Of a stretch of DNA of 64,000 nucleotides, positions 1 to 12,703 are shown in pieces. The position numbers and the translations under genes are program-made. The stretch covers positions 154,690,001-154,754,000 of the forward strand of contig OZ024742.1 in assembly GCA_964016885.1 (NCBI GenBank), given 5' to 3'. How positions within the stretch are numbered: position 1 is the first letter of the stretch; every line of letters begins with the position of its first letter. Origin of the DNA: Eledone cirrhosa. Its lineage: Eukaryota. The notes below the pieces were generated by a model. It searched no databases and was not told where the DNA came from. It worked only from the letters and a program-made list of their open reading frames with translations.

Positions 1-2
1 CA

Positions 3-2027
3 CACGATGGGAGAGAAAAAATCCTCAACGCTCACATGATGATGTGGACTGACATCCTAAAGCCAAGCAGACGCACTGCCAACAACTTCCAGGCGTCTAA
101 CAATGGCATACCACCCTTGTATGGGCTCCGCAAAGACCACAAGACAGTCGACGACCCGACAATAGGACCACCAACAAGACCTGTATGCGGAGCTAATATA
201 GCTAGCAACTACAGGATCTCCTACTTCCTCTCAATGGTTATACGCCCCATAATCAAGATGTCCCCAGATGTATGTGAAAGTACAGAGGACCTCCTCAGCA
301 GAATCAGTGAGTGCAACAAAAACAGGAGCCTATCCAACTGCATAATAGGCAGCATGGATGTGGTGTCACTGTACCCATCCATTAACATTGATTTTGCTGT
401 GAAAAGATGTGTGGAGATGATCATTGAGAGTGAGGTGGAGTTCTGCGACGTCGACACAGACGAACTGGGCCTCCTACTTAGACTTACCTACGACACTGAC
501 TACCTAGACAGCCATGACCTTAGATGTTTCTGCCCTAGTAGACCTATAAGAGGTAGACCCCCCACCATAACCTCAATGGCTAAAAAGACTCCCATAGGAA
601 GGTGGATTGGGTGGACCAAAGCTATACGGACCCCCCAAAACACTGATCAGGTAAGAAAAATGGTCGCACATGCAATAGGGGCTAGTATCAAAACTACCCT
701 AAAGGGCCACATATTTAAGTTCAATGAGAAAACCTACACCCAAAATGAGGGAGCAGCCATCGGCGTCAGCATAGCTGGCGATGTTGCCAACCTTTTCATG
801 GTATGGTGGGAAAGGAGACTTAAAGATCTCCTTAATGAAAGCTCCATAGACCTCATCATGTACTCTCGTTATGTAGACGATATCAATATAGTTATAAGAA
901 CACCCCCACTAGAGAGCACTAACAAGTTTGATTTAGAACGTAGCACGATGGAAAGCATCCAGCAGATAGCTAATTCCATACACCAGAGTATAACTGTAAC
1001 TATAGACTTCCCTTCCAAACACCCTAACAATAGACTACCTGTATTAGACACAGAACTCTGGATTAACACTATAGACGAGAGAGACCAAATTCTCCACTCA
1101 CACTATGCTAAACCCATGGCCTCCAAATACCTGATACTCAAAAACTCAGCAATGTCCAGTAGTGCTAAGTTTAATATTCTGATCGCAGATTTGGTACGAG
1201 TGATGAAGAATGTGTCCAGCATGTGCGACCCAACAGAAATGGAAGGACACATCCAACACTTCATCAACCGCATGCAGTTCTCTGGCTACAACCAAAGAGA
1301 CAGAGTCAGAGTATACGAAGGAGCCATGGAAAAGTATAAGACCCTCATAGAACTGGACATGAAAGGAATTTGCCCACTATACAGGAGCAAATCATGGAAT
1401 AGCTTAGATAGGGCTAGACATAAGATAGGGAAGGCCACATCATGGTACGACAACCAGAGATATCAGAGTGTCATGTTTGTGGACGCCACCCCTGGAGGGA
1501 AATTAGCTAACCAGTGTAGAAAGGCCCTGAGAAAGACCCACTTAAAAATAAAGGTGGTAGAAAAGCCAGGAACCACCATAAAATCCCTGATCAGCAAAAC
1601 CTACCCTTTTAAGAAAACCCACTGTACCAATAGGAAATGTATCATATGTAAGGTGAACCCCCGGATAAACTGTAAAACTAGAAACGTAGTCTATAGCATA
1701 AGATGTACAGAGGGTACTTGCAGAAACACGACAACAACATACATAGGTGAGACAGCTCGTAGCATAGGTGAAAGGATAGACCAACACTGGGGGAAACTAA
1801 AAGGACGAAAAAACGGGTCAGTACTATACGAACATGCTAGACAACATCATGACGGTAACATAGACAACATAGAAATTAGAATAATATCTAAACATAGGAA
1901 TGACCCAGCAGATAGGCAAATCAGAGAGGCCAGTGAAATAGAAATTAGAAGACCAAAGTTAAACAGAAAGAATGAGTGGAACAACAACAACACCCAAACA
2001 AACAACACTGACCTAAGAGAAGTATAA
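3..2027 (+). CDS. Penelope-like retrotransposon protein (reverse transcriptase + Cys-rich linker + GIY-YIG endonuclease), 5'-incomplete
   Basis: RT motifs PPLYGLRKDHK, RPVC, SMDVVSLYPSI, QNEGAAIG, RYVDD, LPVLD; Cys linker CTNRKCIIC..C; GIY-YIG motifs VVYSIRC..YIGETARSIGERIDQH..R.IREA..I...P.LN. The frame is open from base 3 (HDGREKILNAH before the Met at 36), so the ORF probably starts upstream of the window. Confidence 0.95.
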   Translation, partial: HDGREKILNAHMMMWTDILKPSRRTANNFQASNNGIPPLYGLRKDHKTVDDPTIGPPTRPVCGANIASNYRISYFLSMVIRPIIKMSPDVCESTEDLLSRISECNKNRSLSNCIIGSMDVVSLYPSINIDFAVKRCVEMIIESEVEFCDVDTDELGLLLRLTYDTDYLDSHDLRCFCPSRPIRGRPPTITSMAKKTPIGRWIGWTKAIRTPQNTDQVRKMVAHAIGASIKTTLKGHIFKFNEKTYTQNEGAAIGVSIAGDVANLFMVWWERRLKDLLNESSIDLIMYSRYVDDINIVIRTPPLESTNKFDLERSTMESIQQIANSIHQSITVTIDFPSKHPNNRLPVLDTELWINTIDERDQILHSHYAKPMASKYLILKNSAMSSSAKFNILIADLVRVMKNVSSMCDPTEMEGHIQHFINRMQFSGYNQRDRVRVYEGAMEKYKTLIELDMKGICPLYRSKSWNSLDRARHKIGKATSWYDNQRYQSVMFVDATPGGKLANQCRKALRKTHLKIKVVEKPGTTIKSLISKTYPFKKTHCTNRKCIICKVNPRINCKTRNVVYSIRCTEGTCRNTTTTYIGETARSIGERIDQHWGKLKGRKNGSVLYEHARQHHDGNIDNIEIRIISKHRNDPADRQIREASEIEIRRPKLNRKNEWNNNNTQTNNTDLREV

Positions 2028-2301
2028 ATAAATAAGTAAATTAAATTAAATAAAATAAAATAAGATAAATAAATACATACACAAGCACATAAACACACAC
2101 TAGTCACCCAGCAGACACAACACTATACACACTAGTCACACATCACACATAACACTATACACACACGCAAACGCATGCGCAAAGAAGACAAAATAAAATA
2201 AGATAAACAAACAAGCAAATAAATAAATAAATATATAGACAGACTGAACAAAAAAAAATGGCGTAGACATACAACACAACAGGAGGAACAATGAATATAA
2301 C

Positions 2302-2343
2302 ACCACTGACGATGTTGCAGATGTGCAACGAAAGATTTATGTA
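2302..2343 (+). ncRNA. Minimal type-I hammerhead ribozyme-like motif (weak stem I)
   Basis: CTGACGA (2306-12), T, stem II GTTGCA-GATG-TGCAAC, GAAA, GATT, TA. Only about 2 bp of stem I remain. Confidence 0.55.
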
Positions 2344-2545
2344 AACTATATATATATGTGTTTGTCTATATTGTATCTGTATCATTTTGACCGCCGGTCA
2401 GTCAATGGCAACATTGAGGACCGAGTAAGTTAGATCGCAGATATATATATATAAAAGACAGCGAGAAGCGAAAACCAACCAAACAGTGAGTGTGTTCTGT
2501 TATTAATTCTGGCAATATTACGCAAATATGACCCTCCCCAAATAT

Positions 2546-2549
<4 letters not shown>

Positions 2550-2591
<42 letters not shown>

Positions 2592-2612
2592 ATGTATGTG
2601 TATATGTGTGTG

Positions 2613-2658
<46 letters not shown>

Positions 2659-2914
2659 CGTGTATGTGTGTATATGTGTGTGTGTGTATATATATGTGTA
2701 TATGTATGTGTTTTTGTGTGTATGTATATGTATATATGTGTGTATGTGTGTGTATTTGTGTGTGTATATGTACATATATATGTGTGTATGTGTATGTATG
2801 TATATATATATATGTATATGTATATGTATATATATGTATATGTATATATATATATATGTGTATATATATATATATATATGTGTGTGTGCATGTATATGTA
2901 TGTATATGTGTGTG

Positions 2915-2948
<34 letters not shown>

Positions 2949-3014
2949 CATGAGAGAGAGAGTGTGTGTATATATATTTTGTGTGTGGTTGTGTGTATGT
3001 GTGTATGCGCGTGA

Positions 3015-3070
<56 letters not shown>

Positions 3071-3085
3071 ATATGTATGTGTGTG

Positions 3086-3131
<46 letters not shown>

Positions 3132-3247
3132 TATATATATATATGTGTATGTATATGTGTGTGTATTTGTGCGTTGTACGTCTGTATATATATGTGTATA
3201 TTCATGTATAGGTCTGTGTATGTATGTGTATGTTTGTGTATGTATGG

Positions 3248-3279
<32 letters not shown>

Positions 3280-3348
3280 ATATGTATGTGTGTGTATGGG
3301 GATACACATGTATATATATATATATGTATATATATATGTATATGTATG

Positions 3349-3385
<37 letters not shown>

Positions 3386-3532
3386 ATATATATATGTGTA
3401 TGTGTGTGTGTATAGATATTTATACATGTGTATACTCGTGTTTGTATGTATGCGTGTGAGTGTATTTATTTGTGTATATATGTGTGTGTGTGTGTGTATG
3501 TGTATGTGTGTGTGTATTTGTGTGTGTGTATA

Positions 3533-3601
<69 letters not shown>

Positions 3602-3975
3602 GTGTGTGTGTCTGTATGTGTGTATATATGTATATATATATATATATATGTTTGTATATATATATGTGTGTGTATATATATATATATATATATGTATATG
3701 TATGTATATATATATATGTATATGTGTGCGTATGTATATGTGTATATGTATTATATATATGTGTGTATGTATGTATATGTGTATGTATGTGTGTGTACAT
3801 GAATATATATTTATATATTTTTTTTATATATGTGCGTGTGTTTTTATGTGTGTATATGTGTTTGTGTGTGTGTTTATGGTTGCGCGTAAGTGAGTGAGTG
3901 AGTATGTGTGTTTTTTTGTTTTTTATGTGTGTTTTTTTTGTTTTTCTGTTTTTTTTGTTTTTTTGTTTTTTTGTG
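2550..3975. repeat. Compound (TA)n/(TG)n microsatellite field ending in a T-rich tract
   Basis: Directly visible; source of the YI/CV pseudo-ORFs. Confidence 0.97.
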
Positions 3976-4159
3976 AATGTGTCTGTTGATTTTGGCATAT
4001 TGTTTCGAAGATAATAGTAAGATATGCACTCAGTATTTTGAATCTGTCTGCAGAATTCTCTAGACCTTTGTCACTTAGTAGAACCTTAATGACTTTAGCT
4101 TTTAAAGAATCTCCCTTTTCTTTAATTCTATCGAGCATGACTGACCCCCCACTGATTTT

Positions 4160-4554
4160 ATAGACATCTGTTAGCTTAAGAGAAACTTATTGACAAGGAA
4201 TGGTATGCCATCCGGAACCTGTTTATAGAATTCTGTCTGCCTTTGTTACTCTAAAAACATAAATAAATATAAATAAAAATAAAAATTAACTATAGCTTTG
4301 TAGAATTAGCTTTTAATGAATTCCCTTTTCTATCAACCAATGACCTGCACCCATCCCACTCCCCACCCTCTCCTACCACTTGTAGAGACCTATAAATACC
4401 ATATTTATTTTTTGATACCCAGATTCCTGATGATTTCTAATGAATGAAACAGTTCTAGTCCTGTAGAATCTCATCTATATTAAAACTGTTATACTCTGCT
4501 ATGTATTGAGTACCTTACTTACTGTGGTTACCTCCGATTCAACCCGGAATAACG
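4160..4554 (+). mobile_element. PLE pLTR fragment, family A
   Basis: Colinear with 30897-31190 (AAGAGAAACTTA, TGTTTATAGAATTCT, CACCCATCCC, TATAAATACC, HHR). Ends CCCGGAATAACG flush with (TA)n; the same end is inverted at 31746-31772. Confidence 0.8.
4421..4471 (+). ncRNA. Type-I hammerhead ribozyme (family A)
   Basis: Stem I AGATTC/GAATCT, CTGATGA, short stem II, GAAA, stem III ACAG/CTGT, cleavage triplet GUA (after 4465). Confidence 0.9.
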
Positions 4555-4616
4555 TATATATATATATATATATATATATGAGTGTATGTGTGTGTGTGTG
4601 TGTGGGTGTGTGTGTG

Positions 4617-4697
<81 letters not shown>

Positions 4698-5080
4698 CCT
4701 TATCGAGCCCTCTTTGGATTTTAGTCTTCAGATTTATTAATATTACTATATATATATATTTGTATATATATATATATATATATATTGCGAAACAAATATC
4801 TTTGAATTTGTACATGTGTGACATATAGTTATAGAGGTTCGTATACACATTTTCATTTATATTTTAATTATTATGTGTCTACCTTACCTTCCGGAGGTTA
4901 AAGATTACATACACTGGTGGTTTCCCTGTTTTATTGATCGCGCACACACACTCTCTGTCTAGTGTGTTATCCTTTTTACATATTGAACTTCGAAGAGCTC
5001 AAGATTCCTTTTCCTTTGAGCACATAATTTACAGAGATTAACGCGAGTCTATGGCTCCGTAATTTATCTTGATGGTTTAT

Positions 5081-5138
<58 letters not shown>

Positions 5139-5143
<5 letters not shown>

Positions 5144-5337
5144 AGTAGAACACTGATGGGTTCTATCCGTAGTAGTAGAATACTCAGTCAATGGGACGAA
5201 TTTAGTAGAAGTAGTTCTAGAACAGTTAGTTCACCATACCGAGAACAATTGTTTCACCTCAGATCGAGCTGAGGATCAGAATAAGGAGAAACATTTGTTC
5301 TAGGTATGTTGAACTAACTGTTGTGGAACTACTTCTA
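5139..5337 (-). mobile_element. PLE pLTR fragment with imperfect inverted duplication and degenerate HHR
   Basis: 5205-5255 is an imperfect inverted copy of 5288-5337. The minus strand reads TGA-T-CCTCAG..CTGAGG-T-GAAACAATTGTT-CTCGGT (stem II, GAAA, palindromic stem III). Both ends lie in (TA)n. Confidence 0.6.
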
Positions 5338-5376
5338 TATATACGTATATATATATATACATATATATATATCTGC

Positions 5377-5508
5377 GTCCAGAAATAGCCATCGAAACGG
5401 CTTCAGCTCTGCCATCGGTGTCAAATATTTTCCTCTTACCCACTCTACTACCTTATTGAGTACTCTGGTGCGTTATGATCCATCTGGTTCCTTACTACTC
5501 TTCCTTCG

Positions 5509-5510
<2 letters not shown>
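5377..5510 (+). mobile_element. Truncated diverged copy of family C element
   Basis: Similar to 12175-12312 and 35531-35668 (CGAAACGGCTT..., TTGAGTACT.TGGTGCGTTATG..., TTCCTTCGTT-(TA)n). Confidence 0.8.
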
Positions 5511-5603
<93 letters not shown>

Positions 5604-5617
5604 AGTGTATGTGTGCG

Positions 5618-5660
<43 letters not shown>

Positions 5661-6506
5661 TTAGATATATAGATAGATAGATAGATAGATAGATAACGTA
5701 AAATTCCTGTTGGTAGAATTTTGCTAAGAGATACAATGAAAGAACCAGAGAAGATGTGATGTATTTGATTGAAAAACTAAACTGTTTAAAGTCTAAAGGC
5801 AGGTTTCGTCTGCATAAACAAACTGTCATGCAGCTTTTACGGCATTCGTCATGTTTGGAATCAAAACTTTTTACATGATACCTTACTTTATATTAATAGA
5901 GAATATGATATATTGATTGATGTAGTGCCAGATATATGAAATAGCATGATCGCAGCACACATAAGCTAAACTGCAGCATCGACTAGAATTTATCATTTGT
6001 ACTAGGTGTCAATTATTTCATAATTCTAATATATCTTAAATTTTCAGCATCAGGAATATTTACTTTAACATAATAGAGTATAACGTATAGTAACATTAAA
6101 AACAGTGTCACTTACTATACATATTCTACATAAAGCAAACCAAACATGGTGCTTTTCAGTGTTTGCTAAGTCTGGCCAAATTAGCAATCAAACTGACCCT
6201 AAATCATTCCTTAAACTTTGCAGAAGTTGAGGTCGTATTGGGTCCACAATTAGAGAGTTGGGCGAAATAAATCCAGTCGATATATTTTATTTTTCAGATT
6301 TTAGTCCAGTTCATTAAATAACGACACTTATACAAAATTTCGTTTCGTTTGTCTTTACTTTGGATAACATCGATGACCCGGTGACTTGCTACATAAAAAC
6401 TATCTGCTCCTGCATAAAATACCTGCTCTACCTGCTAGGTACGTTTGAGAGGAACTTTACTGGTGCATTTAACATGCTAGTTTACATGCATTTAACATGC
6501 TAGTTT

Positions 6507-6717
6507 ACTTGTATTTGAAAAGGTTGATTTGCCAAATCAACCTTTTCAAATACAAGTCGATGTTGTTACGGTATGTCGAATCTATTTATCTATAAAACTG
6601 TTTATATTGTATTTTGTCTGAGGAAGGCATAGCATATTGTTAATATGATATCCCTGAAATATATATAATGAAATAGATATGGTTTTATAAATATAGTTTC
6701 CATTTATTTAATATTGT
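6507..6717 (+). mobile_element. PLE pLTR fragment, family B, with a 25-bp fold-back at its 5' junction
   Basis: Homologous to 29220-29403. Begins with perfect palindrome 6507-6557 (1-nt loop) and ends AATATTGTA in (TA)n. Confidence 0.85.
6611..6674 (+). ncRNA. Type-I hammerhead ribozyme (family B)
   Basis: Stem I ATTTTGT/ATGAAAT (two G-U pairs), CTGAGGA, stem II AGG..CCT, GAAA, palindromic TATATA stem III, UA cleavage site. Confidence 0.8.
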
Positions 6718-6724
6718 ATATATG

Positions 6725-6857
<133 letters not shown>

Positions 6858-7675
6858 TCACACAATGTGAGCGCCTGGAAATCTACAGAAATATGGTATG
6901 TTTATACGAAATTCCAATACATATCTGTTTACAGCTCGGCTCGAAACTAAATTCTATTTATATTCTATTATAAGTTGAGCCAACGTATGCAACTTAATAT
7001 GCAAATGAGATTAATCACCTCATTTACACAGACGAGAAAAGTATATATTCTCGCCTGTTTTCAAAGTCCAGCAGTCGCATGAGTGGGAGGGATCGTCCTG
7101 TTCGAAACAGTTCAAAATGCATCGACGATTGTCCCCCTTGCTTCTGCTGTACACCACCAAGGGGTGGTAGCTGAGGGTGTTTTTGGATAGCTACGGCTGT
7201 CTAAATGTGTATTTATAAACATACCGTATTTCGACACGAAATTCCAACACGCACACACATACACACACACACATATATATATATATACGTTAATAATCAT
7301 CTTTTTCCATTTCTCCGAGGGTTCTTAACCCCACTACCAGGCTAAATAATTTATTTAATCAAAATACGGCGATAGCTTACATTTCTAATAATTTCAAACC
7401 CACTCGCTGTTTCGGAAATATTTTTACTTGATATATAAATATATATAATGAGAGAGAGAGAGCGGGTAGTGAGAATATATAGAGGGGGAAGAGAGACGAG
7501 AGAGAGAGGGGGGGGAGAAAGAAATAGAGAAAACAGATTGATATATAGTATATGTATGGTTGTTTGTGCTAGTATAAGATAGTGTATGTGTGGGCGTTTG
7601 AGTTTACAACCAAAATCTGCAATATTGGATCTTTCAAACTGCCTCGGGATATTTCCAGACACACACATACACCTA

Positions 7676-7746
<71 letters not shown>

Positions 7747-8086
7747 CTTCCGGAGCCCATGGCTCAATATTGTTTCTGTCTTTGCTTCCCTTCGAGCGAA
7801 CTACATCGATTAAAGTTGTATGGATATTTAATCACAATATTACTAGTGAAACACGTACAAGTTTCATATTCATTCTAACACACATATAGATATATGTATA
7901 TATGTACATATATGTACATATATATTTCATATCTATATATGCAATAATAAATATAACATTGTGGTATGTTTATATATTGCAGGCAAACACTCACATTAAT
8001 ATACACTAGCAAAGGAGGAGGACACAAACAAGGAAGAAGGAGATGTAAAAGGAGAGATGGCGGGGAAGAGGGTGAGAGAGAGAGAG

Positions 8087-8157
<71 letters not shown>

Positions 8158-8409
8158 ACACTATGCTACAACCGACACATGAATTACATCCATGAATGTC
8201 ATAACTCATGTTGGTTCCTTTCCGTCATTTGCATAATGCATTTATTTACATATTTTCTCAGAAATGTTGTCTATTGATATTCAGGCCATATCATTGAATA
8301 TGCTACTGGATTTGGTGCCTCATGTTCCTATATAAAAGTATACTATTATATTTTATTTTCTCTAGTATCCATTTTCTGAAGTACCACTATTTATGTAGGC
8401 ATAGGTATA

Positions 8410-8531
<122 letters not shown>

Positions 8532-9976
8532 TAGAGAAAGAGAGAGAGAGAAAGGGAGAGAGAGCGAGAGAGTAGGGATAGAGATAGACATAGATATAAC
8601 GATACGTATATATATATATATATATAGATATATATAGATAGATAAATGGATAGATAGATAGATACATACATACATATGCGTGTGTGTGTGAGTGTGTTTG
8701 TGTGTATGTTTTTATGTATTATGCATGTATATATCTATATAATATATACCATTTGACGTACATATCTGCTAATATTATTCAAACAAATATCCCTTCCACC
8801 ATCTATTCATCTATCATAATTTATTGTATACTTTATAAATCAAAGATAATTCTTATCTTAAATAAAAACAATCATTATTATCTGCCCATATCAATATAAA
8901 GGGCGCCAAAACAAGCAGACATATTTCCTAGAAAGTTTTGGTGAATAGATTCATATATGTTGGCCTGGAATGGAAGAGCATACTCTTCGTGTCTTATCGA
9001 TTATCAAACATCTCAGATGCACTTAGGACACAAGGGTATTTATCGATCGATTCTAATGCATAAATGCTATGCACGACCTCAAAGAAAGCTAATATGCGAG
9101 GCATAGAATGGGCCATTTGAGCTTGATTTTCTGTCCGTAGTTTAATGTCTAAATTGTAGTAATAGACAATGTGAGCCGATTGACATGTTCATTAGTATAA
9201 ATTTAGCATCCTTTAAAACGAATGTGCACAACAAAAACAAAGAAAGGATAAACCCTCTGTCAATAGCGTACTTACTCATTTTGTTCTAAATACTGAACAA
9301 CAGAAAAAACACATAAATTTCGTATTTATGTCCTTACTGACGAAATAAAGACGCAGTATATTTATTTCTAATGAAGTTCTCTGTCAAATTAAATATTTAT
9401 AAACTCTTGGTTAACATACTACTGATAAAAGGAATATTGAGGATATGAAAATGATAACATTGTTGTATATACCATTAATAAATATTAATCTTAAACCCTG
9501 ATTATTTCGTATGAAATTGTTAAGAATGAATTAATATATATATAGAGAGAGAGAGAGGGGAGAGAGAAAGGAAGAGAGAGTCACACAGTTGATACGGACA
9601 TTTTACAACGCTTAATGCTTTCACATGAATTGCATATTATGTATTAAATAAAGGCTTAATGCCGACAGCGTTTTGCCATTGTCGTAAGATATACTAAGGA
9701 GATATCAAACTTTCCGTTCATCGTATTTTATTTGCAAACATAAGGAAGACTCTAGGGGCTTTAATCGGTTAAATTAAGCATGACGCTGGTATCGACTTGT
9801 ACGTCAGACACAATGAATATTTCAATTGGAATATATCCATATATGCTATTCTAAGGTGTCAAACATGACTTTATATAGGATTCAGACTACATACCAATGT
9901 AATGTTCTCAAATGGCGCGTCTAATATGTAAGGTTGCCGTTATGTAAGTATGTTAGGGTTAATTTTGAATACTGAT

Positions 9977-10055
<79 letters not shown>

Positions 10056-10056
<1 letters not shown>

Positions 10057-10385
10057 TTTGTAGTAAGGTTGCTTGGATGGGTCCATAGGTGGTATGCCAG
10101 TTGAGCACTCTATGCTCCCTCGGAGTACAGTATAATAATATGGAAAACGAAGAATAAATGATTTATCGGAACACAATATTAACGTATTCTAATTCTAAGG
10201 GTCGGAGTCCAACAGACAGAGGATTTGCTTCGAAATCACTAGACGTATCTGAAGAACTTGCGAATCCAGAGTCGGGTCGCTCCACAAATAGATCGCACCT
10301 CCAGCTGTTCGCCCGAGAAACAATTCTAATACGTTAATAAATTGTGTTCCGATGCATCACTGATTCTTCATTTTCCAGATTATAT
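10056..10385 (-). mobile_element. PLE pLTR fragment with inverted arm
   Basis: 10135-10188 is an inverted diverged copy of 10328-10385. Contains an HHR and is bounded by TA tracts. Confidence 0.7.
10243..10334 (+). ncRNA. Type-I hammerhead ribozyme with long stem II (probably decayed)
   Basis: Stem I ACGTAT/ATACGT, CTGAAGA, about 60-nt stem II region (GCGAAT..GTTCGC), GAAA-CAATTC-TA. Confidence 0.7.
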
Positions 10386-10472
10386 ATACATACATATATA
10401 AAAATTCGTTAATTCGTGTTTGAATTTGGTTTGCGAGATTTCTTATTTGAAAACGTGTGTTGAAACATGTAT

Positions 10473-10537
10473 TGTTATATTTTGGGAGGGACATGCTGCC
10501 AATAAGAACACACGCATGTTCCTCCCATAGTATAACA
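10473..10537. repeat. 65-bp mini inverted repeat made of a PLE 3' terminus
   Basis: 24-bp arms TGTTATATTTTGGGAGGGACATGC / GCATGTTCCTCCCATAGTATAACA (3 mismatches); resembles the terminus at 2490-2549. Confidence 0.7.
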
Positions 10538-11486
10538 CAAAAGGAAACAACACAGTCCAATAAAGAGATATATTTGTTTAACGTTTGATGTAATCAGAAA
10601 AAGAGTCTCCATATTTCGGGTAATCAATCTTCATCAGACCATAGAATGAGAAATAAAAAAATCACATAGAAAAATAGTGAGTGAGGAACGGAAAGGGAAT
10701 TCAGAAAAAGCACGTGTGTATACTGTCAGCCTTTTGGGATAAGTTTGTATGTGTGTGTGCAATGGCTTTGTTTCAGGGGGGTACCCGTGGACAAGTCCCC
10801 CCCCCCCCCACACACACACACACACATTCAAACATTTTTTCAAACGTCTATATTTTATATTTTCTTTATTTGATATGATAAATTATTTTTAAGCTTACGT
10901 TTTTCATATCTGAACTTCATATGAATATATAACTTTTAATTAGCGTCCTGGAAAGGCACCATAAGCAATTTATGCTCTTTTAAGATTCAACAAATCTTGG
11001 TTTGTCTCCCTCACATGTTTAAGGCAAACGAGGCCCCTGTGTGTGTATATATATATACATATATGTATGTATAACTCATCAATTATGAGTCATGACGAAA
11101 TAGCAGCGACTAAGTAGTATAGTCTTGCACCTGTCTGAAACAAAGAGACAAATGAAATTTATGTATATCAAATAATATATAATTATTTACTTACAAACGG
11201 AAAGACGAACAAAAATGACGAAAGGAAATAAGTCACAGATTTGGGGAATGAAACATAAGAAATAAAAAAAATGTGAGATGCCTGATTAATAAAACGGAGC
11301 AGACTTTTGTCGTTAAACACGTCAACACAATGAAGTTTCAAGGAGTAAAATCCTTGTACAGATGAAGCTGGTATTTATGACCTTGATAAAGAGATAAGTG
11401 TTCTCTATATTGCAACACATGTGAACAGACCTTTTATAGTAATATATATATAAATATTTATTTACAATAGTTTATAACTTTGCCTA

Positions 11487-11975
11487 TTAATCCGTATGGT
11501 GAGCAAATGCGGTCCCACGTGCTGGCCTCCCTACAGTCCCAGCGGACAGGATGGTAAGGAAGATGCGCTGGAAGAGCCATTCCAACTCGCGAGGCTCACA
11601 CCTGCGGCTAGCTAGCTCAGCGCCTATGGTGGTGAATAGGGAGGTAGCCCTAGGGCCAAGGACACCAGAAGTCTCCACTGCCAATGGCACGACCGCGAAC
11701 CTGACGGAGAGCGACCGGTACATGGAAAGTTTGGCTCCTCAGAGCGACGTGCAGTTGCACCTGAATTAGTCGCAGACTGCACCAGGTTGCGGCTGGAGAA
11801 AGTCTGAAATGTTTGCCATCCCCTAGGTCCAGCCCCACCGACTCGAAAGGGAGAGGAAGCCTGCAGCGTCCAATCCATGCTTAATGACCTTGTTGAGGGC
11901 AGCATGGCGTGGAATGCGGCCGCCACTGGGGCAACAGGAAAGCGGTTGGAGTCCGAAAGAGTCCACGGTCGATCC
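11487..11975 (-). mobile_element. Decayed 3' fragment of an RLE-type non-LTR retrotransposon (CRE-like)
   Basis: Frameshifted peptides LSCCPSGGRIPRHAALNKVIKHGLDAAG, GLDLGDGK, FAVVPLAVETSGVLGP...RELEWLFQRI match the zinc knuckle plus restriction-like endonuclease C-terminus of CRE-type elements. Confidence 0.75.
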
Positions 11976-12084
11976 ACAGCGAAATTTATGTCGCTCAGGA
12001 GAATGCGATGTGTATATATAAATGTATGTATCCATGTATATTTGTGCGTGATTGTATGCAGAAATAGGCCTCATATATATATAT

Positions 12085-12479
<395 letters not shown>

Positions 12480-12591
12480 TAAGAGGAATTCCAACTTTGT
12501 CTGATTTACTCGTTTTATTTACAATCCTTTAAAATATATAATGGTATTATAATGAAATAGTATGATAGAAAATTAAATTCTAAGTGTTAAT

Positions 12592-12630
12592 TGAACAAGT
12601 ACTTTCATGCTTTCGCAATCTTCAGGTTCA
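12592..12630 (-). ncRNA. Minimal type-I hammerhead ribozyme (mirror copy in palindrome)
   Basis: Exact reverse complement of 12704-12742. Confidence 0.9.
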
Positions 12631-12703
12631 TAATATGTGGTGACAGTCAAGTTTGCAATTTTCAACAGTTGAAAATTGCAAACTTGACTGTCACCACATA
12701 TTA

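Larger units (their letters stand above)
1..2549 (+). mobile_element. Penelope-like element: ORF plus 3' UTR/pLTR ending in (TA)n
   Basis: The ORF is followed by a 3' region with an HHR-like motif (2302-2343) and a terminus ...ATGACCCTCCCCAAATATAACA abutting (TA)n. Related termini occur at 10473-10537 and 27331-27356. Confidence 0.85.

Noticed and set aside
3-2027. Naiad-type selenoprotein PLE
   Set aside because: The endonuclease is C-terminal and there are no in-frame TGA codons in the visible part.
2402-3998. Long YI/HT/CV-rich ORFs here and at many other loci
   Set aside because: They are translations of (TA)n, (CA)n and (GA)n microsatellites, not proteins.
5717-5878. 53-codon protein-like frame ([21 protein letters not shown]..); similar weak candidates near 48750-49015, 50860-50958 (-) and 54331-54428
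   Set aside because: Weak splice context and no recognisable homology; this length is attainable by chance.
10604-10641. CTGATGA..GAAA on the minus strand; similar partial hits at 17521, 22018 and 39890-39925
   Set aside because: Stems or the UH site are missing. They may be decayed HHRs but cannot be supported.
10760-11039. Possible hAT-type MITE with degenerate CAGGGGCCTCGTTT-like ends
   Set aside because: The ends are too mismatched and no TSD can be read within the TG repeats.
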